A stretch of DNA of 63,852 nt, filler included, from Lenisia limosa (GCA_001655205.1; 14 parts of 14 records of this genome joined end to end with filler, not necessarily neighbours in it); one strand, 5' to 3'. Shown: positions 1 through 13,000, counted from the first letter of the whole stretch. Notes: generated by a model not told the origin, from the sequence alone. Translations and numbers: made by a program.

Positions 1-110
1 GATGGTAGGTGATGATGATGGTAATGATGATGACAATGATGATGGTAGCGATATTGTTGATGATGATGGTGATGAGATGATGATGGTGATGATGATGATG
101 TTGGTGATAT
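1..110 (+). repeat. (GAT/GGT)n microsatellite-like tract
   Basis: Degenerate GAT/GGT triplets; similar (CAT/CAC)n tracts at about 22625 and 25600. Confidence 0.8.
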
Positions 111-318
111 GCACTGACTGTGAAAAGTCCTGACACGGATATTGAGCTTTATCTTTAGTCAATCGTGTCAGGACTTGGGCTTCACTTCGGTTCGGAAAAA
201 ATCGGGAAAATATTGATAGTTATCGAGGGTATACTATTGAGAATTTCAGTCTTTTTTTAAAACCAAAATGAAGCCCAAGCCATGAATTATCGAGGTCACT
301 ATATTAACAAGTACCAAC

Positions 319-497
319 CTAGCCACGTGCTCATTGGTAGAGGTTGAGATGATCTCCGGGGCTTGTTCAGCTGGAACTGGCTCGGCCGTTCCGGCTCGAA
401 CTGCGGTAACTGTGGGGGGTGGAGGCTGAGCAGAACGGGCGGAAGGGACTGATGAACGTGGCTGTGGCGTGAGGTAAAAAGAATGGTTAGTGGACAC
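319..497 (-). CDS. Internal exon of an unidentified Pro/Ser-rich protein
   Basis: TAG acceptor at 498-500, GT donor at 317-318, open frame VSTNHSFYLTPQPRSSVPSARSAQPPPPTVTAVRAG... Confidence 0.4.
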
Positions 498-1141
498 CTA
501 GTCATTATAAAAAGATGGTACATAGAGGTATATGGGGTAAGTCTTGACCAATTTGCTATGTGAGATTTTTGGCGCTATCTTCTCTTAATCGAGAAATTTA
601 GTCATTTTAAGGGAGAGAAGGTTGGCGTTATCTCCCTTTTCTCCCCCTCCCCTTCACACCCATTCCATACACCTAAGGCTTCCTCCGGTCCAAAAACAGT
701 GCGAATAATTCGACAAATCCTGATAAATATATATATGAGAGAAATATCAATATTTTACGATAAATCCTGGATAGATATAGAGAAATATCGATATTTTACC
801 GCCCCCCCCCCAGTCCACCTTTTCGGGTTGGGATTTCTGGGTGGTAGAGGGGGCGGTAGTAGGACGGGTGACACTGCGGGGGTGAAAAGGGAAATATATC
901 GGGATGGGGGAGTAGTACAACAAAGACACCCCCCCTCCCCCATCTCTAAATATTATCTCTAAGTAATAATATAAACAAACTGTTTTATTTCTCTTCTCTA
1001 TATATAAACAAAGCCTCGAACGCGGAAGGGGGAGGGGCGTAGCTTTGGTTGAGAGTTGATTGGTTGGCGGTAAGGACACTTTCGAACACCTGTCGACTGT
1101 GGCAAGCAAGATTGTTGGCTGAGGCTGGGGAGGGGGGGGGG

Positions 1142-1241
1142 NNNNNNNNNNNNNNNNNNNNNNNNNNNNNNNNNNNNNNNNNNNNTTAATTAATTAANNN
1201 NNNNNNNNNNNNNNNNNNNNNNNNNNNNNNNNNNNNNNNNN
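1142..1241. other. Artificial scaffold linker N44-TTAATTAATTAA-N44 (first of 13)
   Basis: The same 100-nt linker, with stops in all six frames, occurs at 1142, 4130, 8842, 21250, 23290, 24740, 26419, 32363, 50249, 51506, 56534, 61323 and 62595. Sequences on either side are not genomic neighbours. Confidence 0.97.
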
Positions 1242-1419
1242 TGGTTCTCGTTTTAACCGAAAAACTCGGGCATGCACTTCTATGTCTCGAAGATGAGAAG
1301 GATCCTGCCTCTGATAAGAAGATCTGGCTGGTATGGGCGGCTAGACGTCATCTCACAGAATTGGCTTCACAGTTTAATACATATCAATATTGATATGGTC
1401 TATATATTATTCATCGCTC

Positions 1420-3950
1420 CAACCATCATCAAAGTACAGTACCCCCTCCATCATCACACTTGCAGGGAGACGGATACATGGTTTCTGGAGTGCTAAAGCT
1501 GCTCTCGCGTTCTCTGGAGGGGGCATGTAGGGACTTGCACCAGGCCCTCTATTTTCTCAAAGATCGAACGAGTGGGGATGGGGGCAGTTTTTGAATTGAC
1601 TTGTAAATAGTTGAATGTCATTGTGAAAATCACTGTGAAGATATGCTAAGGCTCACACTTTGAAACCAGTTTCTCTTCCCACCACTTTTCTGGGCTTTCC
1701 TACATACCAAAATATCTAATATGTTATTTTTTTGTTTGTTTGTTCCCCTATATCATATTTTATGCAAATATGGTATTAATTATTCTTATTCTCGAAAATC
1801 TGTTTGTACCGTAGAGTGCCTATATTTTACTGGTCTTTTTCAGACCTACTTATGACCGGCTCAGAAATCCTACTCTGTGGCTATAACCTCTCTTGTGCGC
1901 TGATAACCCTGGGCGAGTCAGACAAGGCCCGGATGCAATGGACTTATACTAAGCAGTTGTGGTATGATGGACGTATACTAGGCAGCTTTGGGGGGGGGGG
2001 GGCTNNNNNNNNNNNNNNNNNNNNNNNNNNNNNNNNNNNNNNNNNNNNNNNNNNNNNNNNNNNNNNNNNNNNNNNNNNNNNNNNNAATCGACATAATAAT
2101 CAGCTTCTCTCTTTAATTTTTTTTTTTTAATTTTTTTTTTTCCCCAATTCTCCTTTTTCTTCCATTTTGAGGCAATATACAGCTCAGATCATTTTGCTGC
2201 AATTAATATACAGCCTTAGAATGAGGAAAAATATTCCATGACACAATTCACCGTGGAAAAATGTACCGTGAAACAATTACCTTGGACAAATTTACCTTGG
2301 AAAAATTACCTTGGAAAAATGGGGGGCATAGTGACGTTTTTTTGGTGCGGTCTCGGTTCGAAGTTGGATCTGCTATGTCAGACAAACAAACAATAAATAT
2401 GGCATGAAGAAGGCACATATTCTCAAGGCTATAATTCCGAACACCATCCAAAGCTTTGATAGCTGTCTCGATAAGGGCGTCCATGTGTTGTAGTCCCTCC
2501 TGGGAGATTGACTTTTGGAGAGCCACAATGGAAAGGTCAACGGCGCGTCATAGGCAGCCAACACTATAGTGACAACTGTCTCGCTAACAAAATAAAACAA
2601 AATAATACAATATCAAATCAACAGTAAATTAACTAACGCATCAACACTACAAAACAAACGCGGCGACCGAGGGACTCAAGAGAGGGGCGGGTGTCCATGT
2701 TAATAGTACGTCCAAGAGCCTTCAGTTNNNNNNNNNNNNNNNNNNNNNNNNNNNNNNNNNNNNNNNNNNNNNNNNNNNNNNNNNNNNNNNNGGAGTTCGG
2801 GGGGTTGATCTTCCTTAGAAAAGTGTCGCCGGCTATGACGGCTCTCGTAATCGTCTTGGGGATCCAACAATTTACCAACAGCAAATCGAAAGGCAGGTTT
2901 CCCAATGCTTACAGCGAAGGTAGACATAGTCCTGGAGAGGAGAGAGGGCAGGGCAGACAAGGCAATGTTTCAGTCTTGAGGGAAGTAGGTTTTGGGGCTG
3001 TGGTGTGTTTGAACGGATTCATTTCGGCAACCAGTCAAATTTAAGAACCGAACTAAAATAGGTGTCAAATACTAACAAATCTTGCATACAGCACTAGGAG
3101 GGGCCTTGTGCAACCTTATCAGATGGTGGCAACGGAGCGGTGCGGGCGTCTCAGGAGGTCAATAACCAAAGCGTGGACCCTTAAAAAAATCACCCACAAA
3201 ACATACCCTCAAAATACTCCAATATTCATGAAAATCTTAGTAAAACCCTATTTCATGGTCTTGGTTATATGACACACGATATTTTTAGCAATGAGAAATA
3301 AAGATATATCTGGTTGAAGCCGTCATAGGTGTTAGGCAAAAGGAATAATAGCTACTCCAGGTTATTACCACATGAGCTTCGCTTCTATTGTATTATTTTC
3401 ATTTTGCTTTATATAGTATATTAATATTATACTATAATCCAATATCTCTTATAAGCGTGATGGTACATTTTCAATCGCATTTTCAAACATTTCATTTTCA
3501 AACATCACATTTTTTCAAAAATCACATTATAAAAATTCCCCATTATCAAATATCCCACCATCACAATCATTAATCCACATACAAGGATGAAGGGAGGTCA
3601 GGGCGGATACTTGCGTTCACCATGTTTGAAGTTACGTTCAACAGTACTCATTGATGTCGGAGGTGAAGTCGGCTTTCAAAAGGGGGATCCAACAATGACT
3701 GCATAGTCGCTGCTCTTAATATTGAAGGCAATATCACAGTTCTTGACGTTGGGCTTGCTGTGAATATCGGTCTGGGCTCCGATGGCAGCCTCGGAAAAGG
3801 CTTCTACTTCGGATTCGTTGGCAAAGGGGTTGCCAAGTCTGGCAACGAAAGTCTCATATGCTCACCGCTGAAACGAGCAATGACAGCTTTGGAGGTGTGC
3901 TTGCCTGAACCGGACAGGCGGTTCGGTGAGAGTGGACGCGGGGGAAACTC
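1420..3950 (-). pseudogene. Decayed multi-exon gene of unknown family
   Basis: GC-richer blocks with biased codons (e.g. YETFVARLGNPFANESEVEAFSEAAIGAQTDIH; QEGLQHMDALIETAIKALDGVRNYSL) are interrupted by at least 3 apparent frameshifts in 3580-3950 and by in-frame stops. Confidence 0.4.
2258..2322 (+). repeat. Degenerate 14-15-bp tandem repeat
   Basis: ACC(G/T)TGGAAAAATT-like unit, about 5 copies. Confidence 0.75.
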
Positions 3951-4229
3951 TTTTTTGTACAATAAAAGATAAAAATAATGAATAAGAGAAATAATTATAC
4001 ATTAGTATTCCGGGAAACAAATAAAACAAAAGCTTCAAAAGTTGGTGATAACCTTTTTTTACAGTAGTCTCGTCAGCATTTACTTATCTGCTCTATCATT
4101 TATACTTATTGGTATTATTTTTATTATTGNNNNNNNNNNNNNNNNNNNNNNNNNNNNNNNNNNNNNNNNNNNNTTAATTAATTAANNNNNNNNNNNNNNN
4201 NNNNNNNNNNNNNNNNNNNNNNNNNNNNN

Positions 4230-4582
4230 TGCGCTCTTGGAGAGGCGGCGTGTCTGCCAGTCGAGGCGTTGATCAAAAACTTCCGTCCCGAGGTGGGGTG
4301 TTATGTCTAGCTTTACTTCGGTAATTTAACTACAGTTTTCTTAATACCGCTTCTCTTTCGGTTCCAAAAAAGACTATTCCCGATAAATCTGCCATAAATA
4401 TCGATATTTTATCTGTCCTTTGGAACAGAAAGTGAAGCTTTCATATTCCCTTGTTTTATTTCTCATTGTATGATATTAAAAGATGGGTAATATCATTTGA
4501 CAAATTCTATTATCTAGCCCTAAAAAGAGCGTAATCTATTGTGGAAATGCCAAAATGACTGGATCCAGCTTGAGGCTCGCAT
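4230..4582 (+). CDS. NDUFV1: NADH dehydrogenase 51 kDa subunit (NuoF), C-terminal exons, partial
   Basis: ALGEAACLPVEALIKNFRPE|LEARI matches the NuoF C-terminal pattern CALGDxAxxPVxxLIxxFRxE. The gene is cut by the scaffold start and by an N gap. Confidence 0.75.
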
Positions 4583-5266
4583 NNNNNNNNNNNNNNNNNN
4601 NNNNNNNNNNNNNNNNNNNNNNNNNNNNNNNNNNNNNNNNNNNNNNNNNNNNNNNNNNNNNNNNNNNNNNNNNNNNNNNNNNNNNNNNNNNNTCGGAGGG
4701 AGGGGGGGGGGCTATATTGGAGGGTACTCTTTAATCAATAAAATGAACATAATTTTGAAATTATAATAAACTGTAGGACAGCAACATTCAGACAGTTATT
4801 AGGTTTCAATGAGGTTGCGAAAATATTTCTTAAAATGAATCACCAGATGCTCACGCCCTCCTAAACCTGTCTTAAACTGGGCGTGGGTGGGGATCCGCCC
4901 GCACCACCGAGGTGCACAGTAGTGAAATAATTAGAAGTCGGTGCAATTAATTGTCAATTATCGCGAAATTAATTACGTATCAGATTAATTATTAATTAAT
5001 TTGCAATTAATTAAAAATATCAGCAAATTGGGAAATAAAACTGTCTCTTCCGTGACTCGAACTGATCTTGCCCAAAAGACAACTTGTTCCCGACTTCTGA
5101 CCGCAGAGGGGGGGGATTTAGTATTTTAGTTAAATTCTAGTTAAATAACCAAAATGAGTATGCATGTTTTTTGGTTTTTCCAGATTTCTACCCCCTGCTT
5201 GCCCCCTGCGCAACGCTGACACTGAACATATCAACACTAGATCAACACACACACACACCCTTCGCC

Positions 5267-7607
5267 ATGGCACTCAAACAGCTTCTTCAACATGTTGCTT
5301 CAGTCCCTTTAAAGAATCCAACAAGTTAGGAGGGCGCTGTTTCATTGCTTTCTTGTCCTTGTTATGACCCTTTCAGAGCTCTCCTTGGCGGTGTGTCAAA
5401 TGAAGGTGTGTAGGTGTGTGAAAAATAGTTTCCTTTTTGGTTGTAGTTATTTGCTTGGTAGGCAAGTAGAAACGTTGTAGGTGTTAGGCAAATGATTACA
5501 TAATTGGGTAATACCATTCTATTAACCATCTTTTATAAGCATGATGCTAGGAGGCATATATATACAGTATATATATATATATCTTCGTTAGAATATGTGA
5601 TATACCTTCTGGCGTGAATTTGCTTCGGCCAGTGTTTTTATTTCTCTACAAATATGATAGTTATTTAGGTTGGGCTTGATAAACAGACCAATCTTCAAAA
5701 GATGAAACAGCATGTTGAGGCTGCTGCACAAGGTGGTGCCGATTTGATAATTTTACCTGGTATGTTTTTTTGGTTATTGGTTACTTTCATATGGAGCTCT
5801 GTGTTTGGAAGCTCGTTTCGTTTTTTGCTTATCAATAATGACTAGGGAGGGCTTCACTTCGGCTCGAGAAATACTGGTAAAATATTGATAGTTTTGGAGG
5901 ACTTATCGAGAAATTCAATTTTATGAAAATTGAAGCCCCAGTGATGACCTTTTTTAGAGTGTTTCAATTCTGAGTACAATACAGCAGCCTTTCCAATCAA
6001 TGCTGAAACTTTATCAGGACCAACTGCCCAGGCCCTCTCTGAAGCTGCGAGTATGATGGATGGAGGAATGGAGGAGAACAGTTTGTTTTCTTCTTTGTTG
6101 TTTTGAGAGCTTACTAGTTTGCTTGGGAGGGAGTGTGTGGTATTGTATTATTAGGGCTCCGTGCAATTAATGACACATTATTTTCTAATTTTTGAATTAA
6201 TTTTCTCAGAAAATTGATTGCACGGAGCCCTAAGTCTTATACTATCATCCAATATCTCTTANNNNNNNNNNNNNNNNNNNNNNNNNNNNNNNNNNNNNNN
6301 NNNNNNNNNNNNNNNNNNNNNNNNNNNNNNNNNNNNNNNNNNNNNNNNNNNNNNNNNNNNTGTGAGCTCCTCCGGATAACTTTTATCGTCAAAATCCAAC
6401 TCCTTAGAGACCAACTCAATCACCTTAATTGGTGGGTCTTTCCCTGAATCTGATGGTGACAAAGTATACAACTCAAGTACTGTATTTTCACCTGCAGGAG
6501 AACTGATTGCGCTTCATCGAAAGGTGTGTTTGTTAATACATATATGTAGTTATATCTTAGGTGCATCTTTTTGACATCGATATTCCCGGCAAAATGACTT
6601 TCAAAGAAAGTGATTCTTTGACCCCTGGTGACACAATGGGATTATTCAAAATTGGTTGGTGCACGGAGATTTATTAAGCAATTGAGTAATTCACAAAGGT
6701 GACTTCAAAATTGGACTTGGCATTTGCTATGACATGCGCTTTCCTGAATACGCTGCTTTATTGAGGCAAAAGCATAGTGAGTGGTTGTCTGACATCTTTT
6801 ATTTGGAGATATCATTAGGGCTTTCCGACGGTCCATAAGAGACCGAGGAAATATCGATATTTTTCGAGGATTTAGCGCGAAATGTTGTCTTTTTTGGGAA
6901 CAAAGTGAAGCCCTAGATGTTATCCGTTCGTCTTTCGTGTTATACTTGATCGAATGAACTACCAAAGTTGTTTCGTATCTTCTTTCATCTCAACAAAAAT
7001 GTCGATCATATTACAGGTAAATATGAGGCATGAGGTAGGTAGTGTTTCTTATTGTTTAAAACAATATTAACAATAACATTGTGATGACCTAGTCCCTTAT
7101 TGATGCTCACCCCACAAATACCTGTAATTTTTAAAATTTAGATGTTGATATGATTGTGTACCCTGGAGCTTTCAACCAAACAACTGGACCTCTTCATTGG
7201 GAGCTACTACTAAGGTTAAAAACTCTTTTGAGTTTCATCGTTTAGATCCCGAGCAGTTGATCAAGGAGTGTTTGTGGTTGGAGCAGCTCCAGCAACTGAT
7301 AAGTCTGCAAGTTATGCAGCTTGGGGACACAGCACAATCGTCGATCCCTGGTATGTTATGTCAATCGAGTTCACAGCATTGTTTTGTAATCTTGTTGTAT
7401 ATTCCCTTCACTTGTCAAAGGGGAAAAGTTATTGCTGCATGTGAAGGCGAAGAAGTTACTATTACAGCTGAACTTGGTTGGAAGGGTTTAATAGGTTCCA
7501 AGCATTGCAAGTCTAACACTGTAGCTTTGAACACTGTATCTGAAATGAGATCTTCTATTCCAACTGCACAGCAAAAACGATCAGATTGCTACCGTCTTCA
7601 AAATTGA
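5267..7607 (+). CDS. NIT2: Omega-amidase (nitrilase family), multi-exon
   Basis: Spliced motifs ADLIILP|ECFNS, HRK|[52 protein letters not shown] and QQKRSDCY; the catalytic Glu-Lys-Cys triad is present; TGA stop. Confidence 0.93.
6152..6232. mobile_element. MITE family B (TAGGGCTCCGTGCAAT termini)
   Basis: TIR TAGGGCTCCGTGCAAT/ATTGCACGGAGCCCTA; 6/8 TSD match; related copies at 49758-49869 and about 38630. Confidence 0.75.
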
Positions 7608-8163
7608 TGAAGATCTGAGCTCGAAACTGGGATTATTTGCCCAATATATGTAAATAGTATTAGTTTTTTCAATAATCGCCCTTAAACACATTGGAGCTTC
7701 GGATGTACCAAGCTCAAGGAAACTCCCAAAACTCTTGGGAAAACACATCCAAGACTAAAATCTCTTTCAGAGTGAATACGCTCCTATACTAAATAGAGAA
7801 ATAGAGTAAGGTAGTTTTCCTGCGAATTCAGTTATATCCAAGCGAATTTCTACTTGACTTGCCCGATTGGTTTTCTTCTGCTCCGCTATCTCGACCTTTC
7901 CGTTGCTGCGGCCACTCGTCTGCTTCACTTCGTTCCGCTTAACCCACTTGCTAAAGAAACTGGAAAATTTCCATGAATTTAACATTTTAAAAACTGGAAA
8001 ACTTTAGTCAATTCGAAACTGGAAAAAAAAAACTTTAGCTAATTCGAAATTGGAAATTTCCACGAATTTAACATCTTAAACTGGAAAAAACTGGAAAGCT
8101 AACAGACCTCCCCGTTTCTGTTCTTACTGTTTGCATCAACAGACCTCCCCCAACACTTGAACA

Positions 8164-8789
8164 TTAGAACATCTTAGCGTACATTCCCTTCTCTTTGTTC
8201 TTGAAGTCGATGTGTGCCTTCTTCACCTTCGCAATCTCTGGGGGGGGGGGGGNNNNNNNNNNNNNNNNNNNNNNNNNNNNNNNNNNNNNNNNNNNNNNNN
8301 NNNNNNGAGCTCCGAAATCATTTAACTATTAAGTAGGGCCTCACTTCGTTTCAAAAAAAGCCTGAATTTCTCGAAAAATCAAAACTATCGATAATTTTTG
8401 AGATTTTTTCGTACAGAAGGGAAGCAATAACTTATAAGCGTGATGGTGTTGACGGTTTCGGCAGATGCAACCTTGTTTTTTTTTTATCTTTTTCATTGCT
8501 ATGATATGTATAATATCATATGTGTAAGCCTACCCTTGGTGATTCTGGCGTTCTCAGGGTCAATCGCATGGGCCTCCTAGAAGCTTTATAAGCAAGCAAA
8601 TGATGAATGTGTGTGTGTAAAAGAAAAAAATATTGACTATAATCCAGTATTTATAAGCGTGATGGTGTGGACAGCTTCGGCCAGATACTACCTTGTTTTA
8701 CTTTTCATCCAATATATGATATAATTCACAACATACCTGGAGGGCCTCGATAGACTTCTCGTGTTCACCCATCATTGCCAAGGCAAGAC
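8164..8789 (-). CDS. TPR immunophilin co-chaperone (cyclophilin-40 or large FKBP type), 3' exons, partial
   Basis: Exons GLALAMMGEHEKSIEALQ|EAHAIDPENARITK|EIAKVKKAHIDFKNKEKGMYAKMF*. The KEKxxYAKMF end is typical of Cyp40/FKBP52-type proteins. Confidence 0.8.
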
Positions 8790-8949
8790 CTGCGGGGGGG
8801 CGGGTAAAATTGGAAAATTTATGAAACAGAAAAAGCCTGGANNNNNNNNNNNNNNNNNNNNNNNNNNNNNNNNNNNNNNNNNNNNTTAATTAATTAANNN
8901 NNNNNNNNNNNNNNNNNNNNNNNNNNNNNNNNNNNNNNNNNAAAAAAAA

Positions 8950-9021
8950 TACCACATCCGGGAGTCGAACCCGGGCCGTCTGCTTGGAAGGCAGAAATCC
9001 TAGCCGTTGGACCAATGTAGT
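8950..9021 (-). tRNA. tRNA-Gly(TCC)
   Basis: Complete 72-nt cloverleaf: ACTACAT/ATGTGGT acceptor stem, GTCC/GGAT D stem, TCTGC-CTTCCAA-GCAGA anticodon arm, CCGGG-TTCGACT-CCCGG T arm, followed by a T8 Pol III terminator. Confidence 0.93.
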
Positions 9022-10095
9022 TCATAAATTTAAAGGAATTTTTTTCAAAGTCATGATTTGTCTAAAAATTATGTATTTTTTTTGGGCACAAAAAATCGCC
9101 AAAACACCTGTACAACAATTGTCTTAATCCCTATCACCTTCATTGTCCCCCCCACCACCCCTATCAGCTCCAATTCCTTGACNNNNNNNNNNNNNNNNNN
9201 NNNNNNNNNNNNNNNNNNNNNNNNNNNNNNNNNNNNNNNNNNNNNNNNNNNNNNNNNNNNNNNNNNNNNNNNNNNNNNNNNNNNNNNNNTCGGTTAACCT
9301 CACCACAAACCCGACTATGACCTTCCTTGGCCCCACATGTCCATGTTTATCACGAAGTTGTGATTGAGTTTCACATCCACCTATTTTATACCGGTCTTCC
9401 TTCGCTTTGCTATTACCTAAACCTGATAGTTACTCTCTACAGGAACCCAGCAACCTTACAATGGTCAACTTCAAGACAAGTCCACGTGAGTTGTCTATTC
9501 TTTCATGCTACAAGAGTGTACTATGTTAGTTGAACATTATTCTGTGACGTCAAGATTTATGCACTTCAGCCTCAAAGATTAATTAATTAGATATATTTTG
9601 TCCATTTTTGTTACTCGTCACAACATTTCCATTAACATTATGTACAGCAGGGGCCTCCTACACTTTGTGCATCTATTTTATCTAAAATAATCTATCGTTC
9701 TTCGGAACGTTGGCGTACCTGTCGTACCTCACCTCCCACCACCTCACTAACCTCACCTTTGTCTTCCAACCTCAATCATAACCACCCTATAGCCTCCACC
9801 TATTCAATTTACAACAATTGAATAACCATCCCTGTTACATTATTATGTGATAGGTGAAACCCGAACACACCTCCATTCCGTCCCCGTCCACTCCGCTGCC
9901 GCTCTCCTATGTATCTTTTTTATCTTTTGTTTACTGAATGTTTTTCGAAGAATACATTTCTTGTCTTTTCAAAATTCAAAGGCTCAAAAACTTCCCTTTT
10001 TTTGTGATCACGTGGCTAAAATCGGGTGTTTTTTTGGGAATACAACAGCTCTTCAAAAATATCATATCAAATTTTGGTTGAATATTTTTTAAAAA

Positions 10096-13000
10096 TTAAC
10101 CTTTGTTATTTGCTCTCAATTTTAAGAGGTAAAAACGTACCTTTTTCTTCACTATGAAATCACCTTTTTCATTCATTCCTCTCCACACACCTTTGAGAGA
10201 GTCACATCCAAGTTGAGAGTGTTTGACCATGACGTCACGCCAAGGGGAGCTCTCGGGTTCTCCCTGGGGTGCTGGCTTAGAAGCATGCTCAACCCAGTCG
10301 TTTTGCCAAGACAGCATTGCGGTAGCGGGGGTCTCAGAGCCGATTTCCTCTTTTTGAAGTTGTAGGGATGTGGGCAATTCCGCGGGATCAAATGTCTTTG
10401 TTTTGGACCAGTACTCGGGATCTAGAAGGACTTCTTCTCGCATGCCGGCAAGGGAAAGCTAAAACAAAGTAAATAGGGAACTGTTTTCGTTACTTTTCTT
10501 GGGTGAACCAAAAAATCCCAGTTGACAAATAGTATTGCAAGTAGTGCTTCAATTCGGTTCGGTTTGGTTACAACCGAAACCGTCAGTTTCCTCCATCTAT
10601 AACCGATAACATAAACGATAGCCAGCATATATATAACTGCCATCTTCCACCTATTTAGTTCAAGTAAAACATTAGATTTCCCTTCCAAACCGAATTTTTA
10701 AGTGACCCCGAGCACAATTTTTTTGAATTTTCCATTCTTAACTTGTATAAATCAACATTCTTACACTTTTAAAAATTGTGTCTGTGATTATAAAAAAAAC
10801 AACCTCTGACAGTAAACTCTCTACTAAAACAAGGATTTTTACTGTCAGAACGCGATAGCGGTTATGTTCGGTTAATCGGTTAACCAACATAATATTAGGT
10901 GAATAACCGACCGACATAACCGATAATCAACATATTCCTGACTTGCAAATTAGTTTCACTTCTATCAATTAAGTGAAATACTAATTGCAGGTAAGGAGTA
11001 TTTGTGGCCAAGTTTAATACAAAAAACCAGACAAACCTGCTCGGCAACATCTGAAGGAAGATACTGGTGTTCATTTTCAATGTGGTCCTGTATGCATAAG
11101 GGATGGGCGGACAACGTAATTAGTGTATAAGGTCACTCATTAGCACCAACCTGAGAGACTACATAATCTACCGCCTGATTTTGGGAAGCCAGCTTGACCG
11201 AAAGTCTGTTCCTTAGGAGCATTGCCTCTTGACCAAGGGAGTCGTTCATATCCACACCAAGCCGACCCTCAGCCGCGCGGATAAACAGCAAAATGATGGC
11301 TTCAAGTCCTGACGTCGCCAAATCTGCTTTGAGTCAAGGGGTATACAGTAACCAATTAAAAAACTCCCTAGAAGTATGTGAATGAAGAATATATAATTGG
11401 AGGGTTTTACTTCGAAAAATAAAACAATTACATTCTCGAAAGTACTGTAAAAGTTATGGGTTCGATTAAACTGTTTGTAGTAATAGAAGGGTACCAGAAG
11501 TGAGCCATCTCCCTTACTCTTTGGGGACGTGAGTCCCGTGAAAGGAGGCAAAGAGCAGTTATTGAGACCCTGAACTGAAAACATTAGGAACAATCCAGAG
11601 TTTAAAATTTGGAGGAATACAGTATACAGTATATTATTATGCTTCAAAAAAAGGCTTAACGATGAAGCCATCCAAGCCACAATACGCAACATTGTACAAG
11701 CAAATACTTCGATGATGGAGTTCAAATTGTGAAATGAACAGTCACCCCCAACTAGAAGGCGTAAAAACGGGCCGTGAATGCAGGGGTGTATTCCGAAGGG
11801 TATCAAGAAGACCACTGAGAAGTTGTGCTTCCCCCGTCAAACACCATGTAGCACTGAGAGCTAACAGGGCTCTTCCTGATATAGTCAACGCTGATATCGC
11901 AATCATCATTCTATATTTACCATGCTGATGATGATAACTGTCATAAACAATAGTTGGAGGTTATACACTCACCTGCAGCAGATTTCATAGTACTTAATTG
12001 AACCGGAAGGGGTTCGGCATTCAACGCAACCTAAACAAAATGAGTCTTTCGCAAAAGCAAAAACAAAACAACATTCAGACGACATTGGCTCTCCCACCTT
12101 TGGAGTGGGCCCGTTGATTTGACTGGAAAGCGTGGCACACGACTGCATCAACGAAATGGCCCGTGCTTCAGCGTGGAACGCGACGAGTGAGAGCGACGTT
12201 TGAATTGAACTCTGGGTCATTGATGTCGTTGGTGACTGGGAGGTGAGACCTCTGAGTGTGGAGGGGGAAAGAAATTGTTTCGACAGCATTTTTAAGGAAT
12301 CGAAGATGGTTCCTTTGTCACACACATATACTATAGTATATATTACATGCGAGGCAGTTCTAAGAATAATAAAAAAAGGGAAGAAATGTGAAAATAGCCA
12401 GTGAAGAAAAGAAACAAACATAATTGACACCAACACCCTCACAAACCTGGTTTAAAGAATTCGCAGCAACAACGGACGCATGAAGGAGAAGCGGCCTGAG
12501 GCGATTGAACCATTCCGTACACACTCTGGGGTACATGAAAACAGGAAATCAAGGGAAATAGTACTATCACCCAATCAAAACGAAATGGAAGCATAAATAT
12601 AATAAACTGATCAAGAAGAGCCTTACAGAAACCAGGGAAAGTGTGGGGATATTCTTCTTCAAGTCAATTTACCAAGACCTCATTGCCACTTCCTGAGTAA
12701 TGAGCGGGCCCTTGTCCAAGCTGGCCTTGCTTTCAATACACAACAGTCTGTGAAATACACAGAAATTGCACTCAGTTGGTTGTTAATAATTCATCAAAGA
12801 ACTCATCGTATCCGGCACCATTGGCCCAAACTAAATGCCTCTATTTTTTTGATGCTCCCAAGACCAACTAGTGAATTACGCTCCGTACGGGACGCTTTCT
12901 GGCTCACATGAGCAATTCCTTGCCTCCGAAATGCTGGCCAATGAGTTTGGTCGATCAAAGCCGGTTGGCATTTTTGTTATTTTCCACATCCATCTATTAT

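Noticed and set aside
1186-1197. Recurrent TTAATTAATTAA as a biological motif or element end
   Set aside because: It is always centred in exactly 44+44 Ns, so it is an assembly linker. No synteny across linkers was used.
3580-3950. TGA read as Trp
   Set aside because: Conserved Trp residues in NIT2 are TGG, and the NIT2 and MYND genes end in TGA. Frameshift decay explains the region better.
6816-6915. Family A as a TA-TSD Tc1/pogo MITE mobilised by the pogo transposase in this window
   Set aside because: The TA belongs to the TIR. Five copies show exact 8-bp TSDs, which points to hAT.
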